Assembly (NCBI GenBank): GCA_964434735.1
Contig: CAYSWK010000005.1
Coordinates: 1-55,432 of the forward strand
Source of the DNA: Candidatus Micrarchaeota archaeon
GTDB taxonomy: Archaea; Micrarchaeota; Micrarchaeia; Anstonellales; Bilamarchaeaceae
DNA length: 55,432 nucleotides
Direction: 5' to 3'
The position numbers and the translations under genes were made by a program. This document shows, piece by piece, positions 37,294 through 46,736 of the stretch (position 1 is its first letter; every line of letters starts with the position of its first letter). Below the pieces are notes generated by a model. It had not been told where the DNA came from. It did no database searches and saw only the letters and a list, made by a program, of their open reading frames with translations.

Positions 37294-40200
37294 ATGAGAG
37301 GGAACTTATTCGTAACGACAGTATTATTATTGCTTCTTTTGTCAGGCATTTCATTTGCCCGTCCGTTTCCTATTGTAACAAACGATACTGTCGCACCTTT
37401 TGCCGACCAACCGGAGTTTTCAAGCATGAGCGATGCACAAATTCAGTTTTTTGCACAAAATTTTTATGGTACACAAAAATTATACGCAAACCAGATTTCC
37501 CAGCTTCGTGCGTATAATCCGAATTTTCTTATGCTTCATTATCGTTTGGGCCAGTCTGCAGGTTCTGCACCAGGCATTGCGCATGATGCGGATTCCGACG
37601 GTTCAGTAAACGGCAACGTATATTCTAGTGAAGAATGGACAAGCTATACACAAAACCAAGACTGGTACATTCTTGGCAGTGACGGACAACGACTTTACCA
37701 AACTCAATGGAATTGGTATCCGTTTGATCTTGGAAGAAGTCAAGTCGTTCGAAACCAGGTTGCTGATTACTGGGTAAGGCGTGCAACTGAAGAAGCGCGC
37801 GCAACAGGCAGTGACGGTATTTTTGCAGATTCTTCAGGCCAATTGTTTGGCCCGTGGCAGAATACAAACGCGCTTCCAAATTACGTTCCGGGTTCTCCAA
37901 CATTTACGGTTGCAAACGGCCAGAATTGGCTTTCAAATGCGTATGTTCCTTATTCTCTTCGCGTGTGGCAGGGCATGCAGGCACAAAATCTTTCCTATCT
38001 TCCAAACGTAGGCCAATTAATTACTAGTTGGGATTCGATTAACAATTATCTTAATTCTGACGGTGCGATGGTTGAAGGTTTTGCAGGATTTGGTTCAAGC
38101 ATTGCCGACGTAAACGATTGGCGCCTTGAAATGAATAATGTACTTACGTTGTCCCGGAACAACAAAATCGTAATCGCACAGACGTCTCTTGATGCTCAAA
38201 ATGACCTTACTCGAAGAAGTTTTATTGCAGGGAGTTATCTTCTTTCAAAAGGCCCAAAGAGCTACCTTTTCATGTATTCGGGCTCAACATTGGAGTGGTA
38301 TCCTGAATATGACCTTGATTTGGGCGCATATGTAGATATGCCTGCAAACGTAGATTCATTAGTATGGAACGGAGTTTATCGAAGAAATTTTGAAAAAGGA
38401 ATGGTGCTTGTTAATCCAAGCGGTTCAAATATGGTCGTAAATTTAGGTACCACCTATAATCTTGCCCAATTTCAAGGCGGAGGAGCCATTCCCGTAGACG
38501 GTTCACGTGCAGGTTCGATTACCTATCAATCGGTAAATCAAGTAACTATTCCTGCTCAAGGCGCAGTGTTTCTTTTGAATATTCAAGGTGCACCAATTGA
38601 CGCGGACCAGGACGGTTATACTTTTGCAGTTGATTGTAATGATAATAATGCACAAGTAAATCCGGGTCGAAACGAGGTTCCAGGGAATGGGGTTGACGAT
38701 GATTGCAACGTAAACACTCCCGATTCAATCCTTTCTCCTACAAACCAGACCGGCTTAATTGCAACAATTGGTTCGGATTCATCCATATATTATAATGAAC
38801 GTGATGCCGCAGTTACAGGTGCAACCCATTTCATCATTAATCCTGTTGTCGGGAATGGCTTGGGAACCCAACTTGCTGACAACCAAGGATTGTACATATA
38901 CACTCCTCGCGTAATGGGTCGTTTTTATTATCGTGTTGTCGCATCAAATGGGCAGGCAGTTGCAAATGTTGCAGCGTTCCATCGGTCAGGACAAACGTTC
39001 CTTACCTGGACGGAAAATGGCGCAGCATCATATGCTATTTATCGTGAATCTAATCAGCAGGCAGGAAGTGTCGCAGTTGATGAAACAAATGATCCAATAC
39101 AGCCTGTTCTTGTTTGGCAAGACAATGGTGCGCGAGTTTATACTCTTTTCTTACCTCAGGACTCTTGGAACCGTGAACTTTTCCGAGGCCAAGGGCTTAA
39201 TTTCTTCGTTGGCGTTCCTCAAGGGTATAATTATGCTTCCCCTTCAAGACTTCCAGTTGTAATTCACCAGGAAGGTCGCAGTTCACGATATACGAACAAC
39301 AATGCGCGTGTTGGAACAGGTGGCAGTCCTTATGATATTACTGCAGTGTATGTGCGTCTTGATGATCCTGACCTTCCAACCTATTCGCAAGGATGGTATT
39401 TTGGGCATTATTGCAATCCTCAAAATCCTCAAGAAGGCGTTTGCAATTATTTAGAAAATGCGTACATTGAATTTATTCTTGCATTGCAACGAAATGCCCA
39501 GTATAACATCGACCAGGATCGTATCTATGACTATGGTCACTCAATGGGTGGAACGGCAGCACTTCGATTTGGTATGCGTTACCCGGATATTTTTGCAGGA
39601 ATTTATGCCTCTGAACCTGTAACAAACTTTGATACGGTCGCAGATCTTGGCGGTACAAACTGGGAAGCAGATGTTGCAGATTCAAGAGGAACTTCTGCAC
39701 AAAACCTTCCGTTTCATCCGGTAGGCGTTTCAAGAAATTACTTGTTGAATTTAGACGGTCAAGGCGTTTGGACTGTTGAAAACATGATCGATTCTGTTTG
39801 CCGTAATCAAGGAAAAAATACAGCACTTATCACTCTTGCCCATGGAACTGCAGATGACAGTGTTGATACCGATACGCAAGGGTATTCCTTTTATCAAGCA
39901 GCTAATCGTTGTCATTTAGGTTTTCAGGCCCAAATTACAAGTGGAGGTCATAGTTGGCAAGGCTTTGCCGGCATGGGCCAGATGCTTGACATTTTTGGGA
40001 ATCATCAATTCAGAAAAGCAAGTTTCCCTGCATTTTCAAATGCTCAAAATTCGAAAGATCCTTCAACAACCGGAACAGGCTCATTTAACCAAGACCTTGT
40101 TTGGGCTTTACGACAAGACACTGCGACCGTGTGGGAATCGGAAATTCGTTCAACTACTACGGATCAGCAGGTAGACGTTACTCCAAGAAGATCACGCCTT

Positions 40201-42984
40201 GTGGTTTTACCCAATCAACAATTTTTCTGGGAACGAAGGAATACTCAAGGCACCGTACTTGCATCCGGTTCAGTGCAGGCAGACCCCTATGGAGTAGTTA
40301 CTGTCCCCCGATTCCTTGCAACTACCTCAGGGAGTGTTCTTGTGCTTACTGCTGGCCAGGTGGCGCCAGATATAACTCCGCCTGTCATTTCAGTTCCAAC
40401 GACGACTCCAGGAACAACAACTGCGCAAGTAGTATTCACTACTAATGAACTTTCAACGGTGCGTTTGGACTATGGGACCACACGTTCCTATGGACAGGTT
40501 ATGAATCTTCCTTCAAATACGCAGTTTAGTGTTAATCTTGTTTCACTTGCCCCTTCAACAACCTATTATTATCAGGTTACGGCAACGGATTCTGCAGGTA
40601 ATTCGCAAACGTTGAATGGCCAATTTACTACGTCTGCATTAGTTGTTGATGCGGATGGGGATGGATATAACTCAAATGCGGATTGCAACGATGCAAACGC
40701 GCAGGTAAATCCGGGCCATGCTGAAGTTCTTGGAAATGGCATTGATGATGATTGTAACTCAAGCACTCCTGATCAAGTTGTAAACGGATCTTTGCAAACC
40801 GTAACACTCGTATCTAGTGCAGATTCATACCTGTATCCATCATATTCAAATACGGGCAGACAAACAAACCTTAAGATGTATCAGGAAGGAAACACAGCAA
40901 GCCAAACACGCCTTCTTGTACGATTTAATATTTCCTTGATTCCAGCAGATGCAGTTATTACCAACGCGCAACTTAAATTGTATCATGTGGGGTCTTCCTT
41001 TGACACGGCAGCAAGAAACGTTGCCGTTTGTGCACTTTCCCAAAATTGGGTTGAAGGAACGGGTACGCATGAATTTGACGCAGGAGCAACGGGCGTTACG
41101 TGGACCTCAACGGGAACGGGTGTAAACTGGAATATAGCAGGCGGATCTTGCGGTGCAGATTTTGCAAGCGCCCCCGTACCTTACCGGGCAACGAGCATCT
41201 ACGATCCAGTACGCTTTGTCGTATTTGATGTGACCTCACAGGCGCGTAGTTCAAACGGATACCTGGTTCATTCAATAAGCGGCAACTGGAGGCAGGATGA
41301 TTTTGCTCCTCGTGAAGCTGCGGATCCAAATGTTCGACCTCAATTAGTTGTTACTTACTCCCTCCCCGTTCTTGACGTAGACGGGGATGGTTATGATGCG
41401 AACACAGATTGTAATGACCATAATACCCAAATCAACCCCAGCATGGCAGAAGTTTTGTACGACGGCATTGACAACGACTGTAACCCCAATACCTTGGATT
41501 ACGTAGACGTTGACCAAGACAGCTTTCGTTCCAATGTTGATTGTGACGACACTAATCCTCGCGTTAATCCTGGGGCTTTGGAAATTCTTTATGATCAAAT
41601 AGATAATGATTGCAATGTAAACACGCCAGACACCGTTGATGCGGATCAAGACACTTTCAACAGCAATGTTGACTGCAATGATACTAATACCCAAATCAAC
41701 CCCGGCATGGCAGAAGTTTTGTATGATGGAGTTGACAACGATTGCAATGTGCAGACTTTGGATTTCCAAGGATACTCTCATTTCTTCACAATTGAGGAAA
41801 TTCAAAATTATACATCTACAAATCTTGGGGATTCCCATATGTTTGACGTTAAAAATGAGTTTTCCTATTTTTCATTCCTCCCTCCCCAGGAAGGAGACTA
41901 TGAGTTTATTGTAACTCTTAAGAAAGAAGGAAATCCCTATTGGTTCCAGGTGAATGTTCGAAATGTGCTTGAGGGTCGCGTCACACACGATTTGGGAAAC
42001 ATATCTGATAATTCCTATTTCCAATACTCTACGCAGTTTCATATCCATCCCGTTTTGACGCAGGTTCGTTTGTATGGGGGAGCACGGGGAGGCTCAAAGC
42101 AGTATCTTCAATCTGTTGAGATTAGGCAAATCCCCCCTCGCATTGACGTAGATCAGGACGGATTTGTACGTGCTGTTGATTGTGATGATACTAATGCCCA
42201 AATCAACCCCGGCATGGCAGAAGTTTTGTACGATGGTGTTGATAACGATTGTAATGCCAACACCCCAGATATGGTTGATGCCGATGCAGATGGGTTTAAT
42301 TCAAACGTTGATTGTAATGATGCTGACGCACGCGTCAATCCGGGAGCCCAGGAAGTTCTTGGAAACGGAATTGATGATGATTGTACGTCTTTGACACCCG
42401 ATGTTTTGCAGACCTATAATCTGACACTGTATGCTGTTGAGGACGCATACGTATTCCCTTCGTACGGTAATACGGGAAAACAGGATATTCTCAAGATGTA
42501 TCGCGAGGCCGATGTAGCATCCTCAACTCATCTTATTGTCAAGTTTGATACGTCAAGTATCCCACAAGGTGCACGTGTTGTACGTGCGCGTCTTGAATTG
42601 TATCCTCTTGTTTCTCAATTTGATTCTGCCGTACGGGAGGCAAGTGTTTGTGCACTTTCCCAAAATTGGGTTGAAGGAACGGGTACGCATGAATTTGACG
42701 CAGGAGCAACGGGCGTTACGTGGACCTCAACGGGAACGGGTACAAATTGGAATACAGCAGGTGGATCTTGCGGACCGGTTATTTCGAGTGCTTTGGTTTC
42801 GTATGTTGCACAAGCCTCTTTTGACGAATCACGGTTTGTCGGTTTTGATGTTACGTCTCAGGCACGTTCATCCTATGGATTTATGATTTTACCCACAAGT
42901 GGCAATTGGAGACAGGATAATTTTGCCCCGCGGGAAACGCCGGATGCGCGTATGAGACCAAGACTCATTATCGAATACCAATAA
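37294..42984 (+). CDS. Giant secreted multidomain protein: putative glycoside hydrolase, alpha/beta hydrolase, FN3-like domain, 7 MopE-type metal-binding repeats and 2 DNRLRE-like domains
   Basis: Signal peptide; GIFADS and AMVEGF in a TIM-barrel-like region; GHSMGG, GTADDS, GGHSW; DxDxDG..DCND..NPG..E..DDDCN repeated 7 times; two domains ending RPQLVV and RPRLII. Confidence 0.85.
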   Translation: MRGNLFVTTVLLLLLLSGISFARPFPIVTNDTVAPFADQPEFSSMSDAQIQFFAQNFYGTQKLYANQISQLRAYNPNFLMLHYRLGQSAGSAPGIAHDADSDGSVNGNVYSSEEWTSYTQNQDWYILGSDGQRLYQTQWNWYPFDLGRSQVVRNQVADYWVRRATEEARATGSDGIFADSSGQLFGPWQNTNALPNYVPGSPTFTVANGQNWLSNAYVPYSLRVWQGMQAQNLSYLPNVGQLITSWDSINNYLNSDGAMVEGFAGFGSSIADVNDWRLEMNNVLTLSRNNKIVIAQTSLDAQNDLTRRSFIAGSYLLSKGPKSYLFMYSGSTLEWYPEYDLDLGAYVDMPANVDSLVWNGVYRRNFEKGMVLVNPSGSNMVVNLGTTYNLAQFQGGGAIPVDGSRAGSITYQSVNQVTIPAQGAVFLLNIQGAPIDADQDGYTFAVDCNDNNAQVNPGRNEVPGNGVDDDCNVNTPDSILSPTNQTGLIATIGSDSSIYYNERDAAVTGATHFIINPVVGNGLGTQLADNQGLYIYTPRVMGRFYYRVVASNGQAVANVAAFHRSGQTFLTWTENGAASYAIYRESNQQAGSVAVDETNDPIQPVLVWQDNGARVYTLFLPQDSWNRELFRGQGLNFFVGVPQGYNYASPSRLPVVIHQEGRSSRYTNNNARVGTGGSPYDITAVYVRLDDPDLPTYSQGWYFGHYCNPQNPQEGVCNYLENAYIEFILALQRNAQYNIDQDRIYDYGHSMGGTAALRFGMRYPDIFAGIYASEPVTNFDTVADLGGTNWEADVADSRGTSAQNLPFHPVGVSRNYLLNLDGQGVWTVENMIDSVCRNQGKNTALITLAHGTADDSVDTDTQGYSFYQAANRCHLGFQAQITSGGHSWQGFAGMGQMLDIFGNHQFRKASFPAFSNAQNSKDPSTTGTGSFNQDLVWALRQDTATVWESEIRSTTTDQQVDVTPRRSRLVVLPNQQFFWERRNTQGTVLASGSVQADPYGVVTVPRFLATTSGSVLVLTAGQVAPDITPPVISVPTTTPGTTTAQVVFTTNELSTVRLDYGTTRSYGQVMNLPSNTQFSVNLVSLAPSTTYYYQVTATDSAGNSQTLNGQFTTSALVVDADGDGYNSNADCNDANAQVNPGHAEVLGNGIDDDCNSSTPDQVVNGSLQTVTLVSSADSYLYPSYSNTGRQTNLKMYQEGNTASQTRLLVRFNISLIPADAVITNAQLKLYHVGSSFDTAARNVAVCALSQNWVEGTGTHEFDAGATGVTWTSTGTGVNWNIAGGSCGADFASAPVPYRATSIYDPVRFVVFDVTSQARSSNGYLVHSISGNWRQDDFAPREAADPNVRPQLVVTYSLPVLDVDGDGYDANTDCNDHNTQINPSMAEVLYDGIDNDCNPNTLDYVDVDQDSFRSNVDCDDTNPRVNPGALEILYDQIDNDCNVNTPDTVDADQDTFNSNVDCNDTNTQINPGMAEVLYDGVDNDCNVQTLDFQGYSHFFTIEEIQNYTSTNLGDSHMFDVKNEFSYFSFLPPQEGDYEFIVTLKKEGNPYWFQVNVRNVLEGRVTHDLGNISDNSYFQYSTQFHIHPVLTQVRLYGGARGGSKQYLQSVEIRQIPPRIDVDQDGFVRAVDCDDTNAQINPGMAEVLYDGVDNDCNANTPDMVDADADGFNSNVDCNDADARVNPGAQEVLGNGIDDDCTSLTPDVLQTYNLTLYAVEDAYVFPSYGNTGKQDILKMYREADVASSTHLIVKFDTSSIPQGARVVRARLELYPLVSQFDSAVREASVCALSQNWVEGTGTHEFDAGATGVTWTSTGTGTNWNTAGGSCGPVISSALVSYVAQASFDESRFVGFDVTSQARSSYGFMILPTSGNWRQDNFAPRETPDARMRPRLIIEYQ
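41026..41121 (+). repeat. 96-bp exact direct repeat, copy 1 (copy 2 at 42646-42741)
   Basis: Identical nucleotide run 1620 bp apart inside the two DNRLRE-like domains. Confidence 0.95.
42646..42741 (+). repeat. 96-bp exact direct repeat, copy 2
   Basis: Identical to 41026-41121. Confidence 0.95.
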
Positions 42985-42992
42985 TCTCTTTT

Positions 42993-43532
42993 TTATTCGC
43001 TTAATTCTTGTGCGATTATTTTTCCAAATTCCCGTGCAGAAAGGGGGCCATCGGCAGTGATAAGCGTTCCGTGTTTTGCGTCTTGAGTTTTGTCTATTTC
43101 AACGGGCTTTCCCGTGTATATTCCCTGTTTTTTGATTCCTTCAATATTTTCCTGATCTTGGTACGTGGTTGCCTTTCTTCCGCTTAACACGTTTGCACGA
43201 AGAAGGATTCGCGGTGCGATGCAAATAGCACACAATACTTTATCTGCAACATTGAATTCCTTGGCAATCCTTAGTACGTCATTATTTTCATGGAGTTTGT
43301 GCTCAATAACTCCTCCACCACCTACAAATACAACGGCATCAAAATCCTTTGCATGGACTTCTTTTACTTCAAGGGTTGCATGGGCATTTTTTCCCTTTCT
43401 GCCTTTGCACTCTCCTTTGTGGGTGCTTGCAATTGCACATTTGATTCCTTTTGCCTGAAGTTCTTCAAGCGTATGGAACAATTCCTCATCCCTAAAATCA
43501 GTAGGTGCAATGATAAAAACTGCGGATTTCAT
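42993..43532 (-). CDS. DJ-1/PfpI family protein
   Basis: FRDEEL, FVGGGG, AICIAP, ITADGP; start set at MKSAVF. Confidence 0.92.
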   Translation of the reverse strand: MKSAVFIIAPTDFRDEELFHTLEELQAKGIKCAIASTHKGECKGRKGKNAHATLEVKEVHAKDFDAVVFVGGGGVIEHKLHENNDVLRIAKEFNVADKVLCAICIAPRILLRANVLSGRKATTYQDQENIEGIKKQGIYTGKPVEIDKTQDAKHGTLITADGPLSAREFGKIIAQELSE

Positions 43533-43565
43533 ACTGTTCTTTTGATTGTTATATATAAAAAGAAT

Positions 43566-43586
43566 AAGGGGCACACATGCCCTTTT
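43566..43586 (-). terminator. Possible hairpin terminator after the Cys-rich ORF
   Basis: AAGGGGCA-CACA-TGCCCTTTT imperfect inverted repeat. Confidence 0.4.
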
Positions 43587-43605
43587 AAAATCGAAAACTG
43601 TTTAA

Positions 43606-43764
43606 CTACAATCCGCTCCAATTTGCAAAGTTTGTTCCGCACTTAGGACATTTTGCACTTTTCCAAAGTCCCTTGCAGTTGTTGCACAGCGTAAAGCTTG
43701 CGCTGCATTTTGAGCACTTCGTATTAACATTTGTAAACCCAGAGTTGCATTTTGCACATCCCAT
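43606..43764 (-). CDS. 52-aa protein with four CxxC motifs (double zinc ribbon or metal-binding mini-protein)
   Basis: Hand translation MGCAKCNSGFTNVNTKCSKCSASFTLCNNCKGLWKSAKCPKCGTNFANWSGL; GGTG upstream; below the ORF track cutoff. Confidence 0.8.
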   Translation of the reverse strand: MGCAKCNSGFTNVNTKCSKCSASFTLCNNCKGLWKSAKCPKCGTNFANWSGL

Positions 43765-43833
43765 AATTACACCGGATACCAAATTCTGCTGATGTTTATA
43801 TTCTTTAGCTTCTTTGCAATACTATCTGGTCCG

Positions 43834-44628
43834 TTAACTTTTTTTGAAGTTGCTTACCAGGAAAAAAACGCCAAGCATGAGGATGATTATTCCGCTTGGC
43901 GGCAGGTTCCATTCAAAGGAAAGCAGTGTTCCAAAAAGAACCGCAGCTCCTGCAATTGCTATGCTTATGAATACACTTTGCATAAAACTTTTTGACCGTT
44001 TGAGTGCGATGAGTGCAGGGATGACTAAAAGCCCGCCTACAAGAAGAATTCCTACTGCGCGCATAGCAATGACGATAGTGCCGGCTGTCAGCACCATAAG
44101 GGTCGTATGTATGAATTTTGTGTTTATCCGTTGGACTTGCGCAAGATCAGGATTGAATGTGCTTATGAGCAATTCTTTGTATTTGAACACGACAAATCCT
44201 ATTATGAGTGCAGTTAACCCTGCAAGAAGGTATATTTCTTCAGTGCTTACTGTTAAAATACTTCCAAAAATATAGCTGAAAAGGTTTGCATTGAACGCTT
44301 TTGCATACCCGAGTATTGTTATCGCAAGGCCCATCCCGACCGCAAGGATGACGGCTATTGCGGCATCCCCGTATATTTTTGTGCGTTCAATGAGTTTTTG
44401 CACACCAAGTGATCCTATAATCGCAGTTATGAGCGCAGTATATATTGGAGGTACGCCAATCAGGAATCCGAGTGCAACTCCTCCGAATGCAGCGTGTGCG
44501 ATGCCGTCTCCTATGAGTGAGAGCCTGCGTAAGTTGAGGTATATTCCAAGAATGCCGCAGCATATGGCAAGCAAGCCCCCTGTGATAAGTGCGTTCCATC
44601 CAAATTGGTATGAAAGGAGTTCTAGCAT
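43834..44628 (-). CDS. znuB: Metal ABC transporter permease, ZnuB family
   Basis: LIGDGIAHAAFGG, YIFGSILTV, VGILLV. Confidence 0.93.
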   Translation of the reverse strand: MLELLSYQFGWNALITGGLLAICCGILGIYLNLRRLSLIGDGIAHAAFGGVALGFLIGVPPIYTALITAIIGSLGVQKLIERTKIYGDAAIAVILAVGMGLAITILGYAKAFNANLFSYIFGSILTVSTEEIYLLAGLTALIIGFVVFKYKELLISTFNPDLAQVQRINTKFIHTTLMVLTAGTIVIAMRAVGILLVGGLLVIPALIALKRSKSFMQSVFISIAIAGAAVLFGTLLSFEWNLPPSGIIILMLGVFFLVSNFKKS

Positions 44629-45329
44629 GATTTTCCCTCATGGTGATGAATCACCATATTTTCCTTGCCATAGGTCTTTTTGAGGAGCATTCCTAATTCT
44701 GAAACCGATCCTTGGCATGAAAGGTTTTTGTTGACACACACTACGGTTTTTGCGTATTTTGAAACGAGGCCTATGTCATGAGTTATGATTATTATCGTTG
44801 TTTTATTTTTTTGGTTGATTCTTGCCAAGAAGGAAAAGAACTGTTCATTTGTTTCCATATCGACGCCTACAGATGGTTCGTCAAGTATCAATACCTTGGG
44901 GTGCTGTAAAAGCGCAAGCGCAGTCATTACTCGTTGTTTTTGGCCGCCTGAGAGCTCTATGAATTGTTTGTCCATAAGGTCATTGATTGCAAGGGCCGTC
45001 AATAATTCGCTTGAGTCGTGCCCGACTTCACATGCACTAAAAAGTTCATTGACCTTTGCAGGAAAGAGCCTGTCAAACGAGTAGGTTTGAGGAACATACC
45101 CTATTGTTTGTCTGCACGAATCATCTGCTGGAACGTGGGTCCGTATGGTTCCGGCAGTCGGTTTGAGCATTCCAAGAATAATTTTTGCAAGTGTTGTTTT
45201 GCCTGCACCGTTTGGCCCGATAAGTGCCACAAAGTCGCCGGCGTGAAACGAGATGCTGATACTTTTAAGTATCTCTTCTTTTTCGTAGGAAAAAGAAACG
45301 TTGTTGACTTCGATCACATGTTCATGCAT
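44622..45329 (-). CDS. znuC: Metal ABC transporter ATPase, ZnuC family
   Basis: GPNGAGKT, YVPQ, LSGGQKQR, LDEP, THD; start probably MHEHV. Confidence 0.93.
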   Translation of the reverse strand: MHEHVIEVNNVSFSYEKEEILKSISISFHAGDFVALIGPNGAGKTTLAKIILGMLKPTAGTIRTHVPADDSCRQTIGYVPQTYSFDRLFPAKVNELFSACEVGHDSSELLTALAINDLMDKQFIELSGGQKQRVMTALALLQHPKVLILDEPSVGVDMETNEQFFSFLARINQKNKTTIIIITHDIGLVSKYAKTVVCVNKNLSCQGSVSELGMLLKKTYGKENMVIHHHEGKSC

Positions 45330-45331
45330 AC

Positions 45332-46264
45332 TTATCCACATTCCATTGCAATTTTTATTCGTTCTAAATCCTCCCGTAAGATACTTATGAATGTTTCTTT
45401 TGCAGGGTCCTTAACTGATTCACCGTTGTTGAGCACCAGTGTTGTTGCACCCACTTCCCGTGCAATTGTTTGGGAAACTCGCGGGTCGACAAGCTCGTCA
45501 TAAAAAAGGTATTTTACTTCATATTGTCTTGCTTTTTGGACCATATCAATTATTTGGCGGGGAGTTGGTTCTGTTTCAGGTGATAGCCCAACGAGCGGAA
45601 TTTGAGTAAACGAATAATCCCTTGCCAGGTATGCAAATGCGTTATGTGTGGTTAAAACGACTGGTTTTTTACATGATTTAATCGCTGCTTCATATTCCTG
45701 GTCGAGCTGATCTAATTTCGTAACGTACTGTTGCGCGTTTAATTCATATTCTGCGTTGTGTTCAGGATCTGCCTTTATCAATCCATCCCGGATGTTTAAT
45801 GCGATTTTTTTTGCATTTTGCGGTGAAACCCAATAATGAGGGTCAACGGCGTTTCCAGTGTTCTGTTTTGAGTCCTGTGTTTCTTTAATCGCGTTTGGAA
45901 GTAGCTCGATACCTTCATGTGCCCGCAATACAGCGGTTTTCCCATCTAAACTTTCAACTGCCTGTTCTTCAAATGCGGCAAAATCGGCTCCCGTTACGAT
46001 GAAGACGTTTGCGTTTTCAAGCGCAATCCTATCTTTAGGAGTTAACTCAAAATCGTGCGGTTCGCTTCCCGGCGGTACGAGCACCGTTACTTCTGCCGCG
46101 TTGCCCGCAACATTTTTTGCTATGTCATAAAAAGGATAGAACGTTGCAACTACCTGGAGTTTTGAGTCCGGAAGAACGTTTTGGAGTTCTGCATTTTCAG
46201 GATTGTTTTGAATGCAGCCACTAAGCATTAATCCGCATAGAAGAAGAAAGGCTATTTTTCGCAT
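45332..46264 (-). CDS. znuA: Metal ABC transporter binding lipoprotein, ZnuA/TroA family
   Basis: LSGC, EPHDFE, DPHYWVSP, THNAFAYL. Confidence 0.93.
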   Translation of the reverse strand: MRKIAFLLLCGLMLSGCIQNNPENAELQNVLPDSKLQVVATFYPFYDIAKNVAGNAAEVTVLVPPGSEPHDFELTPKDRIALENANVFIVTGADFAAFEEQAVESLDGKTAVLRAHEGIELLPNAIKETQDSKQNTGNAVDPHYWVSPQNAKKIALNIRDGLIKADPEHNAEYELNAQQYVTKLDQLDQEYEAAIKSCKKPVVLTTHNAFAYLARDYSFTQIPLVGLSPETEPTPRQIIDMVQKARQYEVKYLFYDELVDPRVSQTIAREVGATTLVLNNGESVKDPAKETFISILREDLERIKIAMECG

Positions 46265-46278
46265 ACTTTTCTTGTGAA

Positions 46279-46340
46279 GTTATTAATATTTAAGTACTTT
46301 GTTATTAACTATTGAACATTGGTTTAAAAACAAGTTAATA
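46279..46340. promoter_or_regulatory. Divergent promoter region with candidate operator repeats
   Basis: GTTATTAA at 46279 and 46301; TATTAACT (46303) and AGTTAATA (46333) form a perfect inverted pair; TATA-like TTTAAAAA at 46323. Confidence 0.5.
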
Positions 46341-46350
46341 GGTGTCGACG

Positions 46351-46734
46351 ATGACCATCATAAGTATGTCAATAAATGATGAGCTGCTACAGGAGCTTGA
46401 TACGATCCAATCTGAGCTTGGTTTTTCAGGCAGGAGTGAAGTTATTCGCGCAGGCGTAAGGATGCTTCTTGATGATTCAAGGCAAAAGACGAAGTTGAAA
46501 GGGGCGCTTGATGCAATTTTACTGGTTATTCATTCTGATGCGCATTCGCACGCAACGTTTCATGCACGTCATGATTTTCAAAGCATTATCCGCACCCAGT
46601 TGCACAATCATTTGCAAAAGGAAAAATGCCTTGAAATATTCATTCTTCACGGGGATGCAAAACAGGTTCTTGAACTTGAGGAATCCTTTAAGACAAACAA
46701 AAAAATTGATTATGTTAAACTGATTGTTTCTTGA
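46351..46734 (+). CDS. NikR-family ribbon-helix-helix metalloregulator
   Basis: IISMSIN, GFSGRSEVIRAGVR, RHDF, LHNHL, KCLEIF. Confidence 0.92.
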   Translation: MTIISMSINDELLQELDTIQSELGFSGRSEVIRAGVRMLLDDSRQKTKLKGALDAILLVIHSDAHSHATFHARHDFQSIIRTQLHNHLQKEKCLEIFILHGDAKQVLELEESFKTNKKIDYVKLIVS

Positions 46735-46736
46735 AA

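Noticed and set aside
41026-42741. DGR template and variable repeat pair
   Set aside because: The copies are identical rather than differing at adenines, both are in-frame coding, and there is no reverse transcriptase in the window.
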